From the NCBI RefSeq assembly GCF_009914755.1, contig NC_060940.1: a DNA stretch of 64,000 nucleotides; one strand, given 5' to 3'. Of this stretch, positions 1 through 13,800 are shown one piece after another. The translations under genes were made by a program, and so were the position numbers. Below the pieces are notes generated by a model. The model saw nothing but the letters and a program-made list of their open reading frames with translations. It did not search any database and had not been told where the DNA came from. Position 1 is the stretch's first letter, and the number at the start of each line of letters is the position of its first letter. Source of the DNA: the human T2T-CHM13v2.0 reference genome, Homo sapiens.

Positions 1-1548
1 TCGAGTCCTTTCGATGATTCCATTCGATTCCACTCAATGATGATTTCATTCGAGTCCATTCGACACTTCCAATCGATTCCATTTGATGTTTCCATTCGAG
101 TCCAATTGATGATTCCATTCAATTCCATTCGATGATGATTCCGTACGATTCCATTCTGTGATGATTCCATGTGATTGCATTCAATGATGATTCCTTTAGA
201 TTGCATTCGATTGTGATTCATTTCGTCTTCATTCTATGGTTCCACAGGCTTCCATTCGATGACGTTTCCATTCGTGTCCATTCCATTATTCCATTCTATT
301 TCATTTGATGATGATTCCATTCGATTCCATTCATTGGTGATTCCACTCAATTCCATTCAATGATTCCATTCCATTTCTTTCAACAATGATTCCATTAGTT
401 TCTATTCGATGATCCACTTGATTCCATTTGGCGATGATTCCATTCGTGTCCATTCGATGATTCCATTTGATTCCATATGATGATGATTCCATTCGATTCC
501 ATACCATGATGATTCCATTCGAGTCCATTCAATGGTGATTCCATTCAATTCCATTCGATGATTCCTTCCGATTCCATTCGATGATGATGGCATTCGATTC
601 CTTTCAATCATTCCCTTTGATTCCATTCAAAGGTGATTTCATTCAAGTCCATTCGATAATTGCATTCGATTCCATTCTATGATGATTCCATTCGAGTCCA
701 TTTGATGATTCCATTCAATTCAAGTCAATGATGATTCCATTCGATTCCACTCGATGATTCCATTGGATTCCATTCGATGATGATTCCATTCAAATCCATT
801 CGATAATTCAATTCAAGTCCATTCGATGATGATTCCAATCGAATCCATTCAAAGATTCCATTCAATTCCATTTGATGATGATTCCCTTAGATTCCATTCG
901 ATGATTCCACTTGATTCCATTTACGATGATTCCATTCGATTCCATGTGATGAATCCATTCAATTCTATTCAATGATGTTTCCATTTGATTCCATTGGATC
1001 ATGATTGCCTTTGATTCCATTCAATGATTCCATTCGGTTCCATTTGATGATGATTCCGTTCGATTCCATTTCATTATTCCATTTGATTCCATTGGATGAG
1101 TCCATTCGATTACATTCGATGATTATTCCATTCGAGTGCATTAGATGATTGCATTCGAGTCCATTCGATGATTCCATTCGATTCCATTCGATGTTGATTC
1201 TGTTCAAATCCATTCGATGATTCCACTCGATTCCATTCGATGACTCCATTTGATCCCATTCGATGATTTCCTGTGATTCCCTTTGATGATCATTCTATTT
1301 GATTCAATTCGGTGATTTCATTTCATTCCATTCAGTGATGTTTCCATTCGACTGTATTCGATGATGATTCCATTCGACTCCATTCGATTATGATTTCATT
1401 CAATTCCATTCAATAATGATTCCCTTCGAGTCCATTCGATGATTCCATTCGATTCCATTCAACGATGATTTGATTCGTTTCCATTCGATGATTCCATTTG
1501 ATTCCACTTGATGATGATTCCATTCGAGTCCATTTGATGATTCCATTC

Positions 1549-3380
1549 GAGTCTATTTATGTATTATATTCGTGTCCACTTCATGATTCCATTCAATTCC
1601 ATTTAATGTTGATTCCATTTGATTCCATTTGATGATTCAGTTCGATTCCTTGCAATGATTCCCTTCGATTCCTTTCTATGATGATTCCATTCGATTCCAT
1701 TCATTGATGATTTCATTCGACTCCATTCGATGATGATTCCTTTCGATTCCATTTGACGATGTTTCCATTCGAGTCCATTCGATGATGATTCTATTCAATT
1801 CTTTTCTATTATGATTCCATTCGATTTCATTCAATGCTTCTATTTGATTCCATTCGATGATGATTCCATCTCTTTCCCTTCGATGATTCCATTTGATTCC
1901 ATTCAGTGATGATTCCATTTGATTCCATCTGATGATGATTTCACTTGATTCCTTTCAATGATGATTCAATTCAAGTCCATTCGATGATTCCATTGGAGTC
2001 CAAACGATCATTCCGTTCGATTCCATTCAATGGTGATTCCATTCATGTCCATTCGATGAATCCATTCAATTCCATTCGATGATGACTCCATTCGAGTACA
2101 TTCGATGATTCCATTTGATTCCATTTGAAGATGATTCCATTCAATTCCATTCGAAGATGATTCCATTCAATTCCATTCGATGATGATTCCGTATGAATCC
2201 ATTCTCTGATTATTCCATTCGATTCCATTCATTGACGATTCCATTCAATTCCATTCAATGATGATTCTCTTCTATTCCATTCGATGATTCCGGTCGATTC
2301 CATTCGATGATGATTCCATTAGATTCCATTCGATTGTTGCATTCGATTCCCTTCGATGATGATTCCTTTGAATTCCATTCGATTATCATTCCGTATGAAT
2401 CCATTTGATGATTATTCCATTGGATTCCTTTCGATGATGATTCCATTCGATTCCATTTGATGATGTTTCTCTTGTATTCCATTGGATAATTCCTTTCAGT
2501 TCCCTTCGATGATTATTCTTTCGAGTCAATTCGATGATTCTATTCCATTCCCTTCGATGATGATTCCATTTCACTCCATTTGATGATTCCATTCGACTCA
2601 ATTTGGTGATGATTCAATTCGATGACATTCGATGACTCCATTCAATTTCATTTGATGATGATTACATTCGAGTCCATTTGATGATTGTATTCCTTTCCTT
2701 TTGATGATTATTCCATTCGTGTCTATTCAAAGGTTCCATTCTATTCCATTCAATGATGATTGCATTTGATTCCATTCAATGATTATGGCTATCGATTCCA
2801 CTCGTTGATTCCATTTGATTCCGTTCGATGATTATTCCGTTAGATTCCATTAGAAGATTCCATTCGATTTTATTCAATGATTCCAATGGATTCCATTCAA
2901 TGATGATTCCATTCGACTCCATTCAGTGATTCCATTCGAGTCCATTTGATGATTCCATTCTTTTCCATTTGATGATGATTCCATTAGGGTCCATTCAATG
3001 ATTCCATTCGAGTCCATTCGTTAATGCCTTTCGAGTCCTTTTGATCACTACATTCGAGTCCATTCAATGATTCTATTCGATTCCATTCCATGATGATTCC
3101 ATTCGAGTTCATTCGATGATTGCATTCGAGTCCATTTGATGATTCCATATGATTCCATTCGACAATGATTCCATTCGTGTCCATTTGATGATTCCATTCA
3201 TTTCCTATCGATGAAGATTCCATTCAAGTGTATTCGATGATTCCATTCAAATCCATTCGATGATGATTCCATTCCAGTCCATTCGATCATTCCACTTGAT
3301 TCCATTTGATGACTATTCCATTCAAATCCATTTGATGATTCCATTCGATTCCATTCGATGTTACCATTCGAGTATATACG
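1549..3380 (+). repeat. Distinct ~1.83 kb HSat2 block ('X block'), copy 1
   Basis: Starts GAGTCTATTTATGTATTATATTCGTG, contains TTATGGCTATCG and CATCTCTTTCCCTTCG, ends near GAGTATATACG. These strings occur only in the three X copies. Confidence 0.85.
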
Positions 3381-6300
3381 ATGATTCCACTCGATTCCAT
3401 TTGATGATTATTCCATTGGAGTCCACTTAGTGAATCCTTTAGATTCTACTGGAAGATGATTCCATTCGAGTCCATTCGATGATACCATTCAATTCCATTC
3501 GTTGATGCTTCCATTCAAGTGCATTCGATGATATCATTCGATTCCATTTGATGATAATTCCATTTGATTCCATGCGATGATTCTATTCGATTCCATTCAA
3601 TGATAATTCCATTCAATTCAGTGATTCCTCTGGACTCCATTTGATGATGATTCCATTCAATGATTCCATTCGATTCTATTCGAAAATGATTCCATTTGAA
3701 TCCATTTGATGATGATTCCATTGGATTCCATTTGATGATTCCATTCGATTCCATTCGATGATGATTCCATTCGATTCCTTTTGATGAATCCATTGTATTG
3801 TATTCGATGATGATTCCATTCGATTCCATTCGATGATGATTGGATTCGATTCCATTTGATGATTTCATTTGATTCCATTCGATAATGATTTCGATCAATT
3901 CCATTCGATGATTCCATTCGATTCCATTCGATAATGATTACATCCGAGTCCATTCGATGATTCCATTTGAGCCCGTTCGATAATTCCATTTGAGTCCAAT
4001 CAATGATTCCATTCATTTCCATTCAATGATTCCATTCGAGTCCATTTGATCATTCCGGTAGGGTCCGTTCGATGTTGATTCCATTGGAGTGCATTCGATG
4101 ATTCCATTCGAGTCCATTTTATGATTTGATTCGAGTCCTTTCGATGATTCCATTCGATTCCACTCGATGATTTCATTCGAGTCCATTCGACACTTCCAAT
4201 CGATTCCATTTGATGTTTCCATTCGATTCCAATTGATGATTCCATTCAATTCCATTCGATGATGATTCCGTACGATTCCATTCTGTGATGATTCCATGTG
4301 ATTGCATTCAATGATGATTCCTTTCGATTGCATTCGATTATGATTCATTTCGTGTTCATTCTATGGTTCCACAGGTTTCCATTCGATGATGTTTCCTTTC
4401 GTGTCCATTCCATTATTCCATTCTATTCCATTTGAAGATGATTCCATTCGATTCCATTCATTGGTGATTCCACTCAATTTCATTCAATGATTCCATTCCT
4501 TTTCTTTCAACAATGATTCCATTAGTTTCTATTCGATGATCCACTTGATTCCATTTGACGATGATTCCATTCGTGTCCATTCGATGATTCCATTTGATTC
4601 CATATGATGATGATTCCATTCGATTCCATACGATGATGATTCCATTCGAGTCCATTCAATGGTGATTCCATTCAATTCCATTCGATGATTCCTTTCGATT
4701 CCATTCAATGATGATGGCATTCGATTCCTTTCGATCATTCCCTTTGATTCCATTCAAAGGTGATTTCATTCAAGTCCATTCGATAATTGCATTCGATTCC
4801 ATTCTATGATGATTCCATTCGAGTCCATTTGATGATTCCATTCAATTCAAGTCAATGATGATTCCATTCGATTCCACTCGATGATTCCATTGGATTCCAT
4901 TCGATGATGATTCCATTCAAATCCATTCGATAATTCAATTCAAGTCCATTCGATGATGATTCCAATCGAATCCATTCAAAGATTCCACTCCATTCCATTC
5001 GATGATGATTCCCTTAGATTCCATTCGATGATTCCACTTGATTCCATTTACGATGATTCCATTCGATTCCATGTGATGATTCCATTCAATTCTATTTAAT
5101 GATGTTTCCACTTGATTCCATTCGTACATGATTGCCTTTGATTCCATTCAATGATTCCATACGGTTCCATTTGATGATGATTCCATTCGAGTGCATTAGA
5201 TGATTCCATTCGAGTCCATTCGATGATTCCATTCGATTCCATTCGATGTTGATTCTGTTCAAATCCATTCGATGATTCCACTCGATTCCATTCGATGACT
5301 CCATTTGATCCCATTCGATGATTTCCTTTGATTCCCTTTGATGATCATTCCATTTGATTCAATTCGGTGATTTCATTTGATTCCATTCAGTGATGATTCC
5401 ATTCAACTCCTTTCGATGATGATTCCATTCGAATCCATTCGATTATGATTTCATTCAATTCCATTCGATAATGATTCCCTTCAAGTCCATTCGATGATTC
5501 CATTCGATTCCATTCAACGATGATTTGATTCGTGTCCATTCGATGATTCCATTTGATTCCATTTGATGATGATTCCATTCGAGTCCCTTTGATGATTCCA
5601 TTCAATTCCATTCTCCGATGATTTCTTTTGAGCCCATTCAATGCTTCCACTCGATTCCATATGATGATGACTCCATTTGATGAAATTCCATGATGATTCC
5701 ATTCGCTTGCATTCGATGATGATTCCACTTGAGTCCGTTAGAAGATTCTATTCAATTACATTCCATGACGATTCTGTTCGAGTCCATTTGATGATTCCAT
5801 TAGACTCCATTCGACGATGATTCCATTCGATGTTATTCGATGATGATTCCATTCAACTCCATTCGATGTTTCCATTCGAGTTCATTCTATTATTCCATTA
5901 GATTCCATTCGATGATGATTCCATTCGATTCCATTTGATGATTGCATTCTATTTCATTTGATGATGATTCCATTCGAGTCCATTCGATGATTCCATTCGA
6001 GTCCATTTAATGAATCCATTGGTTTCAATTCTATGATGATTACATTGGATTCCATTCGTTGATGATTTCATTCGATTCCATTCAATGATGATTCCATTCA
6101 ATTCCATTCAATGATTCCATTCAATTCCATACGATGATGATTCCATTTGATTTGATTCGACAGTGAGCCATTCGATTCAATTCCATGATGATTCTATTTG
6201 ATTCAATTGGTTGACATTTCCATTCGATTCCATTCGATGATGATTCCATTTGATTCCATTCAAAGATGATTCCATTCTAGCCCATTCAATCATTCCATTC

Positions 6301-8430
6301 GATTCTATTCAATGATGATTCCATTCATGTCGATTTGGTGATTCCATTTGACTTCATTTGATGATGATTCCTTTCAAGTTCATTAGATGATTCCATTCGA
6401 TTCCATTTGATGATGATCCCATTCGAGTCCATTCAGTGATTCCACTCGTTTCCATTCCATGATGATTCCATTCCATTCCATTCAATGATTCCATTCGATT
6501 CCGTTTGATGATGATTTCATTCGAGTCCATTTGATGATTCCATTTGATTCCATTCGATGATGATTACATTCGAGTCCATACGATGATTCCACTCAATTCC
6601 ATATGATGATGATTCCATTCGATTCCATTCGATGATTCCATTCTATTCTATTCAATGGTGATTCCATTCGAGTACATTAGATGATTCCATTCGATTCCAT
6701 TCAATGATGATTCTATTTGTGTCCCTTAGATGGTTCCACATGATTCCATTTCATGATGATACTATTTGAGCCCATCCAATGATTCCCTTCGATTCCATTC
6801 GATGAGGATTCCATTCGATTCAATTCATTGGTGATTCTATTCAATTCAATTCTTTGATTCCATTCCATTCCATTCGACAATGATTCCATTCGATTTCTTT
6901 CGATGATTCCACTCGATTCCACTTGACATTGATTCCATTCGATTCCATTCAATGATTCCGTTTGATTCCAGTGGATGATGATTGCCATCGATTCCATTCG
7001 ATCACTCCATTCTATTCCATTTGATGAGGATTACATTCGATTCCATTTGATGATTCCATCTGATTCTATTCGAGGATTCCATTTGATTCCATTCGATGAT
7101 GATTCCATTCGAGTGCATTCGATGATTTCATTCGAGTACATCCAATGATTCCATTCGAGTCCATTTGATTTTTCCATTTAATTCCATTTGATTATGATTC
7201 TACTAGAGTCCATTCAATGACTCCATTCGAATCCATTCAACAATTCCATTCGAGGCCATTCGATGATTCCATTTCATGATTCTATTCGAGTCCATTTAAT
7301 CATTACAGTCGAGTCCATTTGGTGATTCCACTGGATTTCTTTTGATAATGATACCATTCAATTACATTTGATGATGATACCATTCAATTTCATTTGATGG
7401 TGATTCCATTAGAGTCCATTCGATGATTTCATTCGAGTCCCTTCATTGATTCCATCCGATTTCATTTGATGATGACTCCATTCGAGTCCATTCGATGATT
7501 CCACTCGATTCCATTAGATGATTCCATTGGAGTCCATTTGATTGTTCCATTCGATTCTATTCGATTCCTTTCGAAGATTATTCCATTTGAGTCCATTCGA
7601 TGATGATTCCATTCCATTCCATTCGATGATTCCGTTTGATTCCATTCGATGATTCCCTTCGATTCCTTTCTTTGATGATTCCATTCCATTCCATTCAATG
7701 ATTCCATTCGAATCTATTCCATGATGATTCCTTTCGATTCCATTCGCTGATGTTTCCGTTCAATTCCATTCGATGATGATTCCATTCGATTCCATTCATT
7801 GAGGATTCCATTTGATTCCATTCAATGATGATTCCATTCTATTCCATTCAATGATTGCATTCAATTCCATTCAATGATTATCCCCTTAGAGTAAACTCAA
7901 CGATTCCATTCAATACCATTCGATGATGATTCCTTTTGAGTCCATTCAATGATTTCATTCAAGTCCATTTGATGATTCCTTTCAATTCCATTCTATGATG
8001 ATTCCATTCGAGTCCATTCGATGATTCCATTCGATTGCATTCGATGATTCCATTATATTCCATTCAACGGTGATTCCATTCGAGTCCATTCCATGATTCC
8101 ATTAGAGTACATTTAATGATTGCTTTGTTTTCAATTCGAAGATGATTACATTGGATTCCATTCTATGATACCATTCGATTCCATTCAATGATGATTCCAC
8201 TCAAATCCATTGGATGATTCCATTCGTGTCCATTCGGTGATTTCATTAGATTCCATTCGAGGATGATTCCATTCGATTCCATTCGATGATTCCATTCAAT
8301 TCCATTCGATGATGATTCCATTCCAGTCCATATGATCATTCCATTTGATTTCATTCGATGATGATTCCATTCGAATCCATTCGATGATTCCATTCTATTC
8401 CATTCGATGATGATTCCATTCGAGTCCATT

Positions 8431-10865
8431 CGATGATTCCATTCGAGTCCATTTAATGATTCCATTGGGTTCAATTCAATGATGATTACATTGGATTCCG
8501 TTCTATGATTCTATTCAATTCCGTTCATTGACAATTTGATTCCATTCGATGATGATTCCATTTGAGTTCATTCGATGATTCTATTTGATTCTCTTCGATG
8601 GTGATTCAATTCTATTATATTGGATGATTCCATTCGATTCCATTTGATGTTGATTCAATTCGATTCTATTCGATGATGATTCCATTGGATTTCACTTCAT
8701 GATTCTGTTCGATTCCATTCAATTATGATTCACTTCTCGTCCATTGGATGATTCCATTTCATTCCATTCGATGATGATTCCATTCGATTCCATTCGATGA
8801 TTCCATTTGATTCCATGCGTCGGTGAGCAATTCGATTCAATTCCATGATGATTCTATTTGATTCAATTAGATGATGTTTCCATTCGAATCCATTCCATGA
8901 TTATTCCATTGGAATCCATTCGGCGATGATTCCATATGAGTCAATTCAATGATGATTCCATATGGGTCCGTTCGATGATAATTCCATTTGATTTCATTCG
9001 GTGCTTCTATTCAATTCCAGTCGATGATGATTCCGTTGGAGTCCATACGATGATTCCATTTGATTTCATTTGATGATGATTCCATTCGATGATGATTACA
9101 TTGGATTCCATTCTATGATTCCATTCAATTCCATTCGTTGATGATTCGATTCCATTCAATGATGATTCCATTTGAGTTCATTCGATGATTCTATTCGATT
9201 CCGTTCGATGGTGATTCAATTCTCTTATATTGGATGAATCCACTCGATTCCATTTGATGATTATTCCATTGGAGTCCACTTAGTGAATCCTTCAGATTCT
9301 ACTCGAAGATGATTCCATTCAAGTCCATTCGATGATACCATTCAATTCCATTCGTTGATGCTTCCATTCAAGTGCATTCGATGATATCATTCGATTCCAT
9401 TTGATGATAATTCCATTTCATTCCATGCGATGATTCTATTCGATTCCATTCAATGATAATTCCATTCAGTTCAGTGATTCCTCTGGACTCCATTTGATGA
9501 TGATTCCATTCAATGATTCCATTCGATTCTATTCGAAAATGATTCCATTTGAATCCATTTGATGATGATTCCATTAGATTCCATTTGATGATTCCATTCG
9601 ATTCCATGCGACGATGATTCCATTCGATTCCATTTGATGATTCCATTCTATTCTATTCGATGATGATTCCATTCGATTCCATTCGATGATGATTGGATTT
9701 GATTCCATTTGATGATTTCATTTGATTCCATTCGTTAATGATTTCGATCAATTCCATTCGATGATTCCATTCGATTCCATTCGATAATGATTACATCCGT
9801 GTCCATTCAATGATTTCATTTGAGCCTGTTCGATAATTCCATTGGAGTCCAACCAATGATTCCATTCATTTCCATTCAATGATTCCATTCGAGTCCATTT
9901 GATCATTCCGGTAGGGTCCATTCGATGTTGATTCCATTGGAGTGCATTCGATGATTCCATTCGAGTCCATTTTATGATTTGATTCGAGTCCTTTCGATGA
10001 TTCCATTCGATTCCACTCGATGATGATTTCATTCGAGTCCATTCGACACTTCCAATCGATTCCATTTGATGTTTCCATTCGAGTCCAATTGATGATTCCA
10101 TTCAATTCCATTCGATGATGATTCCGTACGATTCCATTCTGTGATGATTCCATGTGATTGCATTCAATGATGATTCCTTTAGATTGCATTCGATTGTGAT
10201 TCATTTCGTCTTCATTCTATGGTTCCACAGGTTTCCATTCGTGTCCATTCCATTATTCCATTCTATTCCATTTGATGATGATTCCATTCGATTCCATTCA
10301 TTGGTGATTCCACTCAATTCCATTCAATGATTCCATTCCATTTCTTTCAACAATGATTCCATTAGTTTCTAATCGATGATCCACTTGATTCCATTTGACG
10401 ACGATTCTATTCTTCTCCATTCGATGATTCCATTTGATTCCATATCATGTTGATTCCATTCGATTCCATACGATGATGATTCCGTTCGAGTCCATTCCAT
10501 GGTGATTCCATTCAATTCCATTCGATGATTCCTTTCGATTCCATTCGATGATGATGGCATTCGATTCCTTTCAATCATTCCCTTTGATTCCATTCAAAGG
10601 TGATTTCATTCAAGTCCATTCGATAATTGCATTCGATTCCATTCTATGATGATTCCATTCGAGTCCATTTGATGATTCCATTCAATTCAAGTCAATGATG
10701 ATTCCATTCGATTCCATTCGATGATTCCATTGGATTCCATTCGATGATGATTCCATTCCAGTCCATATGATCATTCCATTTTATTTCATTCGATGATGAT
10801 TCCATTCGATTCCATTCGATGATTCCATTCTATTCCATTCGATGATGATTCCATTCGAGTCCATT
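8431..10865 (+). repeat. 2,435 bp unit preceding and homologous to the 2,255 bp array
   Basis: TCCATTGGGTTCAATT at 8461 and 10896; TTCCAGTCCATATGATC at 8321 and 10756; ORFs 9368 and 11803. Confidence 0.85.
8481..9260 (+). repeat. Internal ~170 bp direct repeat pair spaced 610 bp within the base unit (example copy)
   Basis: GATGATTACATTGGATTCC...GAGTTCATTCGATGATTCTATT...GATGGTGATTCAATTCT..TATATTGGATGA begins at 8481 and again at 9091; the pair recurs in each unit carrying this region. Confidence 0.85.
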
Positions 10866-13800
10866 CGATGATTCCATTCGAGTCCATTTAATGATTCCAT
10901 TGGGTTCAATTCAATGATGATTACATTGGATTCCGTTCTATGATTCCATTCAATTCCGTTCATTGACAATTTGATTCCATTCGATGATGATTCCATTTGA
11001 GTTCATTCGATGATTCTATTTGATTCTCTTCGATGGTGATTCAATTCTATTATATTGGATGATTCCATTCGATTCCATTTGATGTTGATTCAATTCGATT
11101 CTATTCGATGATGATTCCATTGGATTTCACTTGATGATTCTATTCGATTCCATTCAATGATGATTCACTTCTCGTCCATTGGATGATTCCATTTCATTCC
11201 ATTCGACGATGATTCCATTCGATTCCATTCGATGATTCCATTTGATTCCATGCGTCGGTGAGCAATTCGATTCAATTCCATGATGATTCTATTTGATTCA
11301 ATTAGATGATGTTTCCATTCGAATCCATTCCATGATTATTCCATTGGAATCCATTCGGCGATGATTCCATATGAGTCAATTCAATGATGATTCCATATGG
11401 GTCCGTTCGATGATAATTCCATTTGATTTCATTCGGTGCTTCTATTCAATTCCAGTCGATGATGATTCCGTTGGAGTCCATACGATGATTCCATTTGATT
11501 TCATTTGATGATGATTCCATTCGATGATGATTACATTGGATTCCATTCTATGATTCCATTCAATTCCATTCGTTGATGATTCGATTCCATTCAATGATGA
11601 TTCCATTTGAGTTCATTCGATGATTCTATTCGATTCCGTTCGATGGTGATTCAATTCTCTTATATTGGATGAATCCACTCGATTCCATTTGATGATTATT
11701 CCATTGGAGTCCACTTAGTGAATCCTTCAGATTCTACTCGAAGATGATTCCATTCCAGTCCATTCGATGATACCATTCAATTCCATTCGTTGATGCTTCC
11801 ATTCAAGTGCATTCGATGATATCATTCGATTCCATTTGATGATAATTCCATTTGATTCCATGCGATGATTCTATTCGATTCCATTCAATGATAATTCCAT
11901 TCAGTTCAGTGATTCCTCTGGACTCCATTTGATGATGATTCCATTCAATGATTCCATTCGATTCTATTCGAAAATGATTCCATTTGAATCCATTTGATGA
12001 TGATTCCATTAGATTCCATTTGATGATTCCATTCGATTCCATGCGACGATGATTCCATTCGATTCCATTTGATGATTCCATTCTATTCTATTCGATGATG
12101 ATTCCATTCGATTCCATTCGATGATGATTGGATTTGATTCCATTTGATGATTTCATTTGATTCCATTCGTTAATGATTTCGATCAATTCCATTCGATGAT
12201 TCCATTCGATTCCATTCGATAATGATTACATCCGTGTCCATTCAATGATTCCATTTGAGCCTGTTCGATAATTCCATTTGATTCCAACCAATGATTCCAT
12301 TCATTTCCATTCAATGATTCCATTCGAGTCCATTTGATCATTCCGGTAGGGTCCATTCGATGTTGATTCCATTGGAGTGCATTCGATGATTCCATTCGAG
12401 TCCATTTTAGGATTTGATTCGAGTCCTTTCGATGATTCCATTCGATTCCACTCGATGATGATTTCATTCGAGTCCATTCGACACTTCCAATCGATTCCAT
12501 TTGATGTTTCCATTCGATTCCAATTGATGATTCCATTCAATTCCATTCGATGATGATTCCGTACGATTCCATTCTGTGATGATTCCATGTGATTGCATTC
12601 AATGATGATTCCTTTCGATTGCATTCGATTATGATTCATTTCGTGTTCATTCTATGGTTCCACAGGTTTCCATTCGATGATGTTTCCATTCGTGTCCATT
12701 CCATTATTCCTTTCTATTCCATTTGAAGATGATTCCATTCGATTCCATTCATTGGTGATTCCACTCAATTCCATTCAATGATTCCATTCCATTTCTTTCA
12801 ACAATGATTCCATTAGTTTCTATTCGATGATCCACTTGATTCCATTTGACGATGATTCCATTCGTGTCCATTCGATGATTCCATTTGATTCCATATGATG
12901 ATGATTCCATTCGATTCCATACGATGATGATTCCATTCGAGTCCATTCAATGGTGATTCCATTCAATTCCATTCGATGATTCCTTTCGATTCCATTCAAT
13001 GATGATGGCATTCGATTCCTTTCGATCATTCCCTTTGATTCCATTCAAAGGTGATTTCATTCAAGTCCATTCGATAATTGCATTCGATTCCATTCTATGA
13101 TGATTCCATTCGAGTCCATTCGATGATTCCATTCGAGTCCATTTAATGATTCCATTGGGTTCAATTCAATGATGATTACATTGGATTCCGTTCTATGATT
13201 CCATTCAATTCCGTTCATTGACAATTTGATTCCATTCGATGATGATTCCATTTGAGTTCATTCGATGATTCTATTTGATTCTCTTCGATGGTGATTCAAT
13301 TCTATTATATTGGATGATTCCATTCGATTCCATTTGATGTTGATTCAATTCGATTCTATTCGATGATGATTCCATTGGATTTCACTTGATGATTCTATTC
13401 GATTCCATTCAATGATGATTCACTTCTCGTCCATTGGATGATTCCATTTCATTCCATTCGATGATGATTCCATTCGATTCCATTCGATGATTCCATTTGA
13501 TTCCATGCGTCGGTGAGCAATTCGATTCAATTCCATGATGATTCTATTTGATTCAATTAGATGATGTTTCCATTCGAATCCATTCCATGATTATTCCATT
13601 GGAATCCATTCGGCGATGATTCCATATGAGTCAATTCAATGATGATTCCATATGGGTCCGTTCGATGATAATTCCATTTGATTTCATTCGGTGCTTCTAT
13701 TCAATTCCAGTCGATGATGATTCCGTTGGAGTCCATACGATGATTCCATTTGATTTCATTTGATGATGATTCCATTCGATGATGATTACATTGGATTCCA

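Larger units (their letters stand above)
1..10731 (+). repeat. Copy 1 of near-identical 10.7 kb segment (left end lies outside the window)
   Basis: Every ORF from 331 to 10593 recurs with identical translation at +21,438. Position 1 matches 21439; identity breaks at 10732 (g) versus 32170 (c). Confidence 0.93.

Noticed and set aside
1549-1575. AT-rich stretch TCTATTTATGTATTATATT as TATA box or insertion remnant
   Set aside because: In phase with degenerate monomers; no poly-A tail, target-site duplication or other promoter evidence.
1549-3380. X block as the 1.8 kb HSat2A2 (chr1) unit
   Set aside because: Only the length is similar; I cannot establish sequence identity without an alignment, so it is not called.
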